A program made the position numbers and the translations under genes. Shown piece by piece: positions 53,268 to 63,568 of a stretch of 64,000 nt of DNA. Origin of the DNA: Octopus sinensis (taxonomy: Eukaryota); contig NC_042999.1 of NCBI RefSeq assembly GCF_006345805.1, forward strand, positions 143,034,001 through 143,098,000, read 5' to 3'. Numbering within the stretch: position 1 is the stretch's first letter; every line of letters begins with the position of its first letter. The notes under the pieces were generated by a model, which saw only the letters and a list, made by a program, of their open reading frames with translations, was not told the origin of the DNA and ran no database searches.

Positions 53268-53352
53268 TGCAGCTGATGATAGCAGTGCATTTAAATTGAT
53301 GTAATGATAGCATTATTCAATTAAATGGAGCCGCTTGAAACGTTTTACTGCA
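53268..53352 (+). ncRNA. Type I hammerhead ribozyme relic
   Basis: Stem I UGCAG/CUGCA; CUGAUGA 53273-79; stem II AGC/GCU after U-U; GAAAC-GUU-UUA (C15.2 unpaired); outer repeat CAAGAAGTG/CACTTCTTG. Confidence 0.5.
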
Positions 53353-53830
53353 CCACTTCTTGATATCTTTTTTTTATATATATATTATATATATATAATA
53401 CTTGGGAATGGATGCGTGGCGTTCAATTAACAATAATATAATAATATATCCGTATATATATATATATATATGTGTGTGTGTGGTGTGGGTGTATATGTAA
53501 AAAATACAAACTGGGACAGGAACGCAACATTTAGAAGACGATACAAAAAACACGGACGGGACATTCGAAGCCTTCAATCTTCAGTCAAGAACCGGATCAT
53601 CTCGCAATTTCGGCTGATTAATCTTGAGATTGCTCCGATCTGGCCCCCCCAAAGGAAAATCTAAGCCAAGCGCATTAGATTCCTTGGAAGAAAGCCTCGA
53701 ATGTATACAAAACACGGACGGAAACAGGACGATGTTACACGAAATAAAAATACAAAAATACGTAAAAACAATAATGATAATAATAATAACAAAAGCAGGA
53801 CATCACAGACAAGCGTATAGATATATATAT

Positions 53831-53894
<64 letters not shown>

Positions 53895-53895
<1 letters not shown>

Positions 53896-54072
53896 CGGAG
53901 TAAACACATAAATGTGAAAACAGGTGGAAAAAAGAGTACTCAAATACCAGTGGTAGAGTAATATGCTTTATTTAAAGCAGCAAAAAATTCAACAAAACCT
54001 GTTACTCTGAGTTTCCCGTTGCGGGAAACTCAGAGTAACAGGTTTGTTGAATTTTCTGCTGCTTTAAATAAA

Positions 54073-54078
<6 letters not shown>
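53895..54078. repeat. Dispersed repeat (second copy 63423-63570) truncated and folded back into a ~57-bp-arm hairpin
   Basis: 53961-54018 pairs with 54022-54078, loop TTG; flanked by (TA)n on both sides. Confidence 0.9.
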
Positions 54079-54113
<35 letters not shown>

Positions 54114-54115
54114 TT

Positions 54116-54396
54116 CAGGACATCACCGATTGTGTAAACGACATGAAGTACGAAAATAAACGAGTTAAATACGCAAACAACGAGAGAAAAAAATGGAAAA
54201 CAGGACAAGTAATACAAAGAACGACCCTTCAACGAATGTCGTTGAATACTCGAGATGTGGAGTAGAAAGACAGTCGGCAACTAATGAAGGGTCGTCCCTT
54301 GTGTTACTTATTTTCCATTTTTTTCTCTCGTTGTTTGCGTATTTAACTCGTTTGTTTTCGTACTTAATGTTGTTTACACAGTTGGTGACGTCCTGT
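54116..54396. repeat. Fold-back palindrome with ~105-bp arms
   Basis: CAGGACATCACC...ACGACCCTTCA is inverted as TGAAGGGTCGT...GGTGACGTCCTG. Confidence 0.85.
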
Positions 54397-54498
54397 ACCC
54401 ATACACACACACATATTAAATTTAAATTACGATAAACGTAAACATTATATATATATATATATATGTATATTTATGTATGTGTGTGTATTCATACGTAC

Positions 54499-54546
<48 letters not shown>

Positions 54547-55833
54547 TTCAAATGTATTAAAAGACCAAATGACAGAAACTGGTGAGGGAATTACAAACAA
54601 GGTCTATTAGTTAGACGCTCAGGAAAAATGGAAAAGTCTGACGCCTCGAGCCAACGCTCTTCTACAGAAAGGATTGAGAAAAAACCCCAAAAAACAAAAC
54701 AAAAACGGAGAGAGAAAACAACGTGCCTGGCTTAACGATTTCACATGTCGAATGGACTGGCAGGAAGTGGCTGAATGGAAGGAGAATATACATACATACA
54801 TACATACATACATACATACATACATACATACATACGTACATACGTGCATACATACATACATACATACATACATACATACATGCATGTATACATGCACACA
54901 CACACATACACATTATTTGATATACACTTGAATTTAAACGTGAGCTACTATAAGTTTCATGCTCCAATAGTACAGTGATGGGACGAGCTTGTAGAGTGTG
55001 CCGTGTACTATCGTGCAATCTTTCAGGTTCAAAGTTAACATGACTGCTCTATGAGAAAAAGCGAGGAAGAACGAGAAACAAGAAGAAACAAGAAAGAGAA
55101 AAGCTTGTGGGGAAGGGAGAAAAGAGTTGTGTCAGAATAGGAATTTACAATGGTTGGTGGGGTTAATTCGACAAGAAAAGATTAAAGTTTGTAAGAATGT
55201 ATCCCTAATCTGGAGAAGCTGGTGTTTTCCAGTTCAATAGTAGAAACTTGTCAAGATGCATGCAGATTTTGAAAATTTCCGATCTTGAAGTTGTTCAGTG
55301 GAATTATTAGATTTAAAAAGGATAGGAGTTCTTTAGCTATATGAAGCTTGCATCTCCTTGATCCATTAACGTACGGAGTGTGAAGTACTTTTGAAGAAAA
55401 GGGATGAAAATTCTGGTTGAGAGAAGAAAAGGGGAAAAGATTGCCAGGAGAGGAAGAAATAACGAAGTATGTGAGTGAGTGAGAATTATGAAGGAGATTG
55501 AATGGAAGTAAAAGCAATAATACTTAATACTTATTGAAAGAAGATGCATGAAACAAGACAGAAATGGGCAAAACTGAAATCAAGCTACTAAGAATAACTG
55601 AAAGGAGGTACAAATAATCCCCTCATTTTTGACGAGCACAATGTAGGCTCGAAACATCAAAGACTTTTCCATTCTTCCCCAGCGCCAAACTAACACATCT
55701 GCTTGTTGTTCCTTAACCTGTCTTCGGTTTTTGTTGTCAGTAAATTTGAATTATATACTCACATTTGAATTATACACATACACACACACTCTCTCTTTCT
55801 CTTCCACAGACACACACACACACCCACAGTCAC

Positions 55834-55883
<50 letters not shown>

Positions 55884-55942
55884 TTAAATTTGTGTAAAAA
55901 TCAGTAAGAAGAGTACTCCATCTAATGAGAGTCTAATATAAT

Positions 55943-56127
55943 TATAAATGCTTCATACTACATGCATTATATACGTTACTAATAGTTTCACGTACATAGG
56001 TACGTTCATCAGGCGCTGACTGATAAAACCTGATTGATAAGCAGGTTCAATCAGCTCCTGATGAACGTACTTATGTACGTGAAACTATTAGTAACGTATA
56101 TAATGCATGTAGTATGAATCATTTATA
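55943..56127. repeat. Fold-back palindrome with ~77-bp arms
   Basis: 55943-56019 pairs with 56051-56127. Confidence 0.92.
56058..56097 (+). ncRNA. Hammerhead core with perfect stems II and III (mirror copy on minus strand at 55977-56012)
   Basis: CUGAUGA-ACGUAC-uuau-GUACGU-GAAAC-UAUUA-GUA; stem I weak or absent in cis. Confidence 0.6.
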
Positions 56128-56129
56128 GT

Positions 56130-56131
56130 AG

Positions 56132-56190
<59 letters not shown>

Positions 56191-56287
56191 ATATATATTA
56201 TAGTATGTATTGCATATATTTTATTATTACATTATGTATGACTGAGCGCCATCGCGTCGTTTCGTTTCTTTTCTTTTTCTCCAAGTA

Positions 56288-56354
<67 letters not shown>

Positions 56355-56465
56355 TATATATATATAATATATATATATATATTATATATATATATATGTG
56401 TGTGTGTATGTATCTCTCTCTCTCTCTCTCTATAAATGTATATATATATATTATATATGTTTTAT
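56130..56465. repeat. (TA)n/(TC)n microsatellites downstream of the HS3ST stop
   Basis: Direct inspection. Confidence 0.95.
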
Positions 56466-56612
56466 ATACACTCATACATTCACATACACACATGTGTATA
56501 TGTGTGTATACGTACCTTTAAACGTAAGCAAATTTCATATATTATATAAGGTAGATAGATACCTTACTAAGTTTTATCGCATCTGCTCTGTTTTACAAAG
56601 CATTTGCACAGT

Positions 56613-57623
56613 TTACCATGGAAATCTTCGTCCAGTTAAATTGAAAAACTTTTCATTTTCCTTTCTGAAATAAGCACGAAGCTTTTCTGCTACAGTCTTA
56701 TCAACTGTAGGATGCTTTCTTCCTTTGGATTTTTGTAAGCATGCAATTGTTTCCTTTTTAATACAATAAAACTTCCTGGATTTATCAAAGAAGAAAAGGC
56801 TGCTATTGTAAAACTCCTGGAGTCCAAGGAAGGTCTGAATTTTTTGCATTTCAGTCCAAGGTTCTGTTCTTAGTATGTCGCCATCTGTAATGTGTATTTG
56901 TGATAGTGGAAAATACTCCATCCAGCGCCATAAATGATGATGATATTGGGAACGCTGGATAGCATAAAAGTCCAGGTCTAAATTGCCTGTCTTTTCATCA
57001 ACAGCCATATTTTCAAAGCTCTCGTATTTCAAACCACGATTGTTATAGGAAACCCGCATGTGGAGGTAATCTGATAAAGCTCGACTAAATGGTTCCCTAA
57101 CGACAAGTATAAGTCTTATAGAGCTGTTCATCTGATGCACCCTGAAAGGTACATCCGACACTGCGTAGTACATGGCTGTCTTTTCGACTGTAATTTGGTG
57201 GGGAAGCGATTCTGGCATTTGGTGCAAATACCATCTGTATCCTTTTTTGTAATTGTGACTTTTATCAAAGAAATGAACTTCATTTATTGGTCTTACCACA
57301 TGTGGATGCATATTAATGAACTCTAGCACTGCTCTGGTGCCCGCCTTCGAAGCACCAATCACAAGACAGTGCGGGAAGTGACGTACGCGTGGTTGTTCAG
57401 TATGAATCAAGGAAGAGTGATTTTTGAACGATAATAAAGACGACGGAAGCTTGTCCACCCACCAGCGACCACTTCTGTAGATTTTGTCGCCACCGAACAA
57501 AGTAGAGAAAGTTAAGTAAGAGTTCAAATACAGAACACTTCCACTTATTGCACAGAACAATAACGTTGGGATGAGATTTCGTCGTTGTAGCGGTACCAGT
57601 CGTAAACATTTAGCTGGCAACAT
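56613..57623 (-). CDS. Heparan sulfate glucosamine 3-O-sulfotransferase (HS3ST1/5-like), single coding exon, 336 aa
   Basis: Likely ATG at 57623 after a strong acceptor (TTTCTTTTTCTTTTACAG, exon start 57682). N-terminal type II signal anchor, 5'-PSB IGASKAGTRAVLE, EVHFFD, EKT, 3'-PB REPFSRALSDY, C..KSKGRKHP, FF..TGR.F.W. Exact paralog not assignable. Confidence 0.92.
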   Translation of the reverse strand: MLPAKCLRLVPLQRRNLIPTLLFCAISGSVLYLNSYLTFSTLFGGDKIYRSGRWWVDKLPSSLLSFKNHSSLIHTEQPRVRHFPHCLVIGASKAGTRAVLEFINMHPHVVRPINEVHFFDKSHNYKKGYRWYLHQMPESLPHQITVEKTAMYYAVSDVPFRVHQMNSSIRLILVVREPFSRALSDYLHMRVSYNNRGLKYESFENMAVDEKTGNLDLDFYAIQRSQYHHHLWRWMEYFPLSQIHITDGDILRTEPWTEMQKIQTFLGLQEFYNSSLFFFDKSRKFYCIKKETIACLQKSKGRKHPTVDKTVAEKLRAYFRKENEKFFNLTGRRFPW

Positions 57624-58696
57624 GATGACCAGCGAGTCAAAAAAGAAGCAATAAAAACTGTCAAGGAGGCTCGGTAAACTTACTGTAAAAGAAAAAGAAA
57701 AAGAAATAATCTCAATAATAGATAAACAATTTCTTATAAACAAAAGATTAATAAACCATGCTATTCTTTCATGTAATATATTTATATACTTCGAGTTCAC
57801 ATTTAGATGTTATAGAGTAACACACTTTTATAGGTACCGGATTGAAAGCAATCCACTGACACCTTCATTGCGGTATTAGAGTACCGGATTTAAGCATCAG
57901 CTAAACAAGTTACATATAGTTCAGGGCCTCACAATTCGCAGGGGTCGCAAACTAATTAAAAGGAAGATATGTTTTTAGTGACTTTCTGGCGTAAGTTTTT
58001 AACAAGGGGTCTTCAAGCTTTATATAGCATAGGGTCTCACCATGTCGAAATCTGGTGCTGGTTTAACTATAATACAGTAAGATACTGTTATTGCACCCTT
58101 CGAATAATTTTGTTTAATACATTTACACATATATATGAAATACTCACATACATTCCTACTGATCATGCATTCATCCCAGAATTACATATCAGATGACTCC
58201 AGGTACAAGTTTTTCTGGCTTCGTCAAAAAGAAGGTCGGCGTCCATAAACTTTTACAGGCTTCTGGAATCTGGAGGAGTAAAGGGGCAAATTTTCCTCAA
58301 ACTACTGTCCTGGCACGAATGTGTGCAACAGAGTGGACTCCACTAAAGATCTCCAAAGACCAGATGGTGGTGATGAGCCTAGTGACAGGTTAAGTTTACC
58401 ATACAAGAATAGGTACAATTCATCGATGGGTTTCACAGTTTCCAGTTACCGGGAGTCGATTTGAAGTAACTTTGTAAATATTTTCAGACCTTCACGAATA
58501 GAACGTTTGAATTGCTTCCATTAAAGTAAATAAAACAAGATAATATAAAGCAGTCGTCCAGACTAATGATATCCCACTTGGTGTTCCACCGGTGAGCCTG
58601 TCGCTCTCTCTGCCTGAAAGTAGTATTTTCGAAGCTATCAAAATTTACTTCCTTACACGTTTTCTCATGCACATGGCTGTAACTTTCTAGGGTTTC

Positions 58697-59106
58697 TTGG
58701 CTGTGTGGTAAGTAGCTTGCTTATCAACCACATGGTTCCGGGTTCAGTCCCACTGCGTGGCATCTTGGGCAAGTGTCTTCTGCTATAGCCCCGGGCCGAA
58801 CAATGCCTTGTGAGTGGATTTGGTAGACGGAAACTGAAAGAAGCCTGTGGTATATATGTATATATATATGTATGTGTGTGTATATGTTTGTGTGTCTGTG
58901 TTTGTCCCCCTAGCATTGCTTGACAACCGATGCTGGTGTGTTTACGTCCCCGTCACTTAGCGGTTCGGCAAATGAGACCGATAGAATAAGTACTGGGCTT
59001 ACAAAGAATAAGTCCCGGGGTCGATTTGCTCTCGACTAAAGGCGGTGCTCCAGCATGGCCGCAGTCAAATGACTGAAACAAGTAAAAGAGTAAAAGAGTA
59101 AAAGAG
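58697..59106 (+). mobile_element. tRNA-derived SINE, near full length
   Basis: Head GGCTGTGTGGTAAGTAGCTTGC...GGTTCCGGGTTCAGTCCC (A/B-box-like) and (GTAAAAGA)n tail. Same family as the interrupted copy at 23041-23080 plus 24536-24935, and minus copies near 11200 and 16550-16860. Confidence 0.85.
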
Positions 59107-60611
59107 ATTTTTGAAATGTTTCTTCACTTTACTTTTTAAAGACCCTTGTGACACTACATCTTTATATTCTTCATCTTGATAATACTAACACTCTAGGGAT
59201 GTTTGTGTGTAACTGAAATATCTCAGAAATAGTGTATTTTATCTTAATGATTTTTTACATATTAATTTTCATACTTATCTTCGGCAGTGCAGTACAAATT
59301 TTTGTAACATTTGAACCTCTATTTAAACGATTAAACACAATTTTTGTTATTTCTTGATGAAAAAAATACATGGCTTCCATGATGTCAACACACATACACG
59401 CATACAGAATACATACACATATAATGAATGTCATGGTGTGTCAATCAATACAGACACACATTCGCTATCTGTGACATATATACACACATTGTCTACGCGC
59501 TCTCTAAGGAAAAAAGAAAAAGCCGTTGACTTTTTGACGTAAACAATATTTTAATCATTTAGAAATATTTTTAACTGAATGTGATTTCGCTAATTTCCGT
59601 AAAATTTTTTCATTTATTTACTTTTGTTTCAAAGTGAAAAAGAGGAGAAAGTGAAAGATATATGTACGTGTATATGAAATGGACGTGAGAGAGAGAGAGA
59701 GAGAGAAAGAGAGAGTGTGGTGTGTGTGTGTGAGAGAGCGAGTGAAGGGGTATGTTGTCATGTATACGTACATACATCAATACATATGCGTTCATCTTTT
59801 TTGTATGTACGTGTGCATGTGTGTGTGTGTGTTAGAGAGAGAGAGATTGTAAGTGAGTGAACACGTGTGTTCTCATGTATGTATAAGTGGCACACCCCTC
59901 TCTCTCGCATCCCACCTCATGCATCCATTTCGTATACGCGTTCATACATTTTTCACTTTCTCTCTCTCAATTTAAAACAAAAGTAACAGGTGATTTTCAG
60001 GATAAAAATTATTTAAAAATGGCTTCTACTCATGTAAACTGATTACTATTGTATGGATAGTTTAAATATATATACAAGTATAAGTATCAGGAATTCCCAT
60101 TCTACAAACTGGCAAACAATTCCGTGAATACTTTACCGAGCAAGGCTGGGTAATAAGTTTAGTATACCTATAATAAATATATACAAGTGAACACTAGTTG
60201 TGAGCACACTTTCACAGACTTCACATACTTATGATAAACCTTTAAATGTTTCACTTAAATGGAATGTATTAATGTTTTACTAACGTGGTCCACTCTTGCG
60301 TTTTACAATCTTACTAGTACATGTTGGAAAAGTTTTATAACACAAAAGTTAATACAAAGACGTGTACATTTTTGGATAAAATCACTGAGTACTTTCATAA
60401 GTTATGTTTTCTATGCATGAATGTACACTAAAGTGACAGCTATAACTCTTTGAATACATACAAAGTATAAAATACACAACTGACTCATAAATGTATAACT
60501 TTACCTCGTATTGTCAATTATATTTCTCTTGTTGGTTAGCAATAATTGAAAGACAGATATATTGTTACTGACTCAATATAAATGTATTTACTTTCTCACA
60601 TAGACATACAT

Positions 60612-60695
60612 GCGTATGTATGTATGTATGTATGTATGTATGTATGTATGTATGTATGTATGTATGTATGTATGTATGTATGTATGTATGTATGA
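60612..60695. repeat. (TATG)n microsatellite
   Basis: Direct inspection. Confidence 0.95.
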
Positions 60696-60884
60696 TTCCT
60701 ACAGGTAACATGGAATCCAGTACAACCTGTTGCATGGTCGGGCCTTCAGCGACTAAACCGGTACACCCACCAGGTTAACCTGGCGAAGATGGTTGCTAGA
60801 AATCTAACAGGGCAAAAAACAAGACAAGTCAAAAGGACGGATGAACCAATTATGGGTTCAATGACTATCTAGCACTATCATGGG

Positions 60885-61697
60885 CACTCAGATATTCCGG
60901 AAGCGAAATTTTTTTTCCCACGAGAGTTCCGGATTTCAGTAATGAAATCATTTGCATACGGCCAATCAGAGCAGAGCTACTTTATCCCTTCTTCCATTCT
61001 AGTCAGCAACTTCTCCGTCTAGCACGTGTCGACAATATTTGTAAACAATACGTGCTGTCTCCGGTAATTTTATTTCATGTAAATAAATCTTATTTAGCTG
61101 TTATTTTTAGCACGAAAGTTCTTCAGTAATTTTCTTTCGTGTAAATAAATTTTTATGTTAATTTAAAAGAGAAAAATATGAATGTGTCTGTGGCTTACGA
61201 TTGACTAAAGTTACCAAAATGTTCAAACTTCAATTACAAATAACTCATGATTTATAGCGACAATTATTTTCACTTCATTAATTAGCCTATAAAATTCGAA
61301 CAGAAAATTGACGCTGGACACCAAACAAAGATGATCCCTCCACCAAAAAAGATCCCTCCCACGCAAAAAAATAAGATCCAAAAAAAGAAAAAAAAGTCAC
61401 GAAAATGTGTGAGTACTAAAAAATTTCACTGAGTACTATTATATTATTATTAGTAAATTATAGATCTATTTATTATAACTAGTGAAAAATTCACGGAAAA
61501 TATAAAAAAATGTAAGCATCTGTAAATTGTGCGCTGGTAATCGGAAGTTGCCATTTTGAATGCCAACATTTGTTAACTAGACAAGGTGAAGGTGAGCTCT
61601 GATTGGCTGTATGCAAATGAGTATTTGTATTGGGGCCCGGAACTCTCGTGGGAAAAAATTTCGCGTGCCGGAAAACCATTGGGAGTGAGGCACTCAA
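60885..61697. mobile_element. MITE-like element with ~100-bp inverted ends
   Basis: 60895-60980 is the reverse complement of 61595-61675. Internal 61477-61580 segment is shared with 16283-16360. Outer termini uncertain. Confidence 0.6.
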
Positions 61698-62679
61698 ATT
61701 TTGTTAAAGCATGTCTCCAGAAAGTGACTTTGATATAAAACCGGATATGCACGGAATGACATTGGAGATTTTGGAAATCTTTCGTCTGCGCTTGAGATCA
61801 TGGCGCTCTTACACTCCTAACCTTACACCCGTATTGGCACTTGATATCTTGCCTCGGCTCTTCTCTGGATCATGTCAATAGGGTGGAGAAGGGTTATAAG
61901 TTGTTGTGAAAACCTTATTGATAGTAAAATCTTGTATAGGAATTACTGACATTTTGCTTGGGCATTTCTGCTTTAATTTTTAATTTTACACTTGTCGAAC
62001 TTTACATTTTTTTATTCGAAAGTCCAGCGGTGATAGGAAGATGAAACATGCAGACCTGCGGTTTTGGAAGCACGTAGTTAGCGATCTACACGTAAGCAGC
62101 TCATTCTAGTCGTCTCCTTATCGTCCAAGACAATGCTCAGATTCGGTTACTACCTGGGTGTCTGAGTAGCTCCATTTGTGAAGAGACCAAGGAGATTCTA
62201 GAAAAGGTGAACTAAACATTGTTTTTATTTCTCTGTATCTGGTCAGTTTAGTGCGACTGAGAGTTGTCCACCTTGCGTCCGCAAAAACAAAGATAGTATT
62301 TACAAAATCTGGATGGAATATGAATATCTCACATTGGATTGTACATGTTCTGTTAGATAATAAGAGTGAATCTAGGCTTGAAGACGTACTGTGCATGTTG
62401 TTCGTGAACTGAACCGATATAACAGATATAGCCGCTCTTTCAGAGATTCGTTTGGAAGGTGATGGTCAGCTTAAGAAGGTTGTAAGAAAGAGAAACCGAA
62501 GAAGGGGTACAGGGAGGTTGGCTTTGATTTTGAAGTTCGATCTGCTTTCCCCAAGAAGCTGGTAAAGCTTCTTTTCTGCTATAAATGACCGTTTGATGAC
62601 TCTGCGTCTGCACTTGAACGATGGATGATTTGCTATTCTAGGCACTTACTCAGATCAGTCTCGCTGAACAGAAAACTAC

Positions 62680-62915
62680 TTTCCACATAGTAATCGAAGG
62701 AAAAATATTGAAAGTGGCAGACAAGTTTGTCTACCTTGGTAGCACTCTCAGCCGTCCTTGCTCCATGGATAATGAAATATCTTTAAGACTTCAGACGGCA
62801 ACCAATTCCTTCAGGGCTCTTGAGTTTTGTGTCTGGTCCCCCATGGCACCATATGGTGAACAAAAGTCGGTGTGTACTGTGCATGTGTGGCCGTTGAACG
62901 CTCTCAGCAGAGATG
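62680..62915 (+). mobile_element. RTE-clade LINE reverse-transcriptase C-terminal fragment
   Basis: HIVIEGKILKVADKFVYLGSTLSRPCSMDNEISLRLQTATNSFRAL resembles the RTE/BovB V..F.YLGS.....D.E...R...A...F..L block. Confidence 0.75.
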
Positions 62916-62954
62916 GCTGAGGCACATCCTGAACATACATATATAGCTACATAT

Positions 62955-63185
62955 AAAGGCGGCGAGCTGGCAGACACCGTTAGCACACCGGGCGAAATGC
63001 GTAGACGTATTTCGTCTGCCGTTCGCGCTCTGAGTTCAAATTCCGCCGAGGTCGACTTTGCCTTTCATCCTTTCGGGGTCGATAATTAAGTACCAGTTCC
63101 GCACTGGGGTCGATGTAATCGACTTAATTCCTTGTCTGTCCTCGTTTGTCCCCTCTATGTTTACCCCTTGTGGGTAGTAAACAAA
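62955..63185 (+). mobile_element. Third SINE family
   Basis: AAGGCGGCGAGCTGGCAGA...GAGTTCAAATTCCGCCGAGG head; decayed copies near 32545 (plus) and 21560-21700 (minus). Confidence 0.75.
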
Positions 63186-63339
63186 TATATATAGCTACAT
63201 ATATATGCAATGCATACATGAATATATACATATATAGATACAGATATCTACACATACATATAGATTCGTACATACATACACATGTATGTATATACACATA
63301 CAACATATGTATGTATGCATGTATGTATGTATATGCATG

Positions 63340-63396
<57 letters not shown>

Positions 63397-63516
63397 TATA
63401 TATATAGATAATATATATAGACCGGAGTAAACACATAAATGTGAAACAAGGTGGAAAAAAGTACTCAAATACCAGTGGTAGAGTAATCTGCTTTATTTTA
63501 AGCAGCAGAAATTCAA

Positions 63517-63568
63517 CAAAATCTGTTTCACTCTGAGTTTCTCGTTGCCGTTCATCAGACAGTTTTTG
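63517..63568 (-). ncRNA. Minimal type I hammerhead ribozyme with a 2-nt insertion at the cleavage site
   Basis: Stem I CAAAAACUGU/ACAGAUUUUG (9 of 10 pairs); CUGAUGA; CG-GCAA-CG stem II; GAAAC-UCAGA-GU. The sister copy at 53992-54021 shows the intact GUA|ACAG site. Confidence 0.62.

Noticed and set aside
55625-55670. TTGACGAGC...GCTCGAAAC
   Set aside because: Core mutated and no valid stem III or NUH site
57624-57800. 59-aa N-terminal extension of the HS3ST ORF
   Set aside because: Non-ATG start that runs through a polypyrimidine tract and acceptor at 57683-84; intronic
58697-58760. tRNA-like A/B boxes (also 45238, 62955)
   Set aside because: SINE heads followed by SINE bodies and tails; no cloverleaf or acceptor stem, so not called tRNA genes
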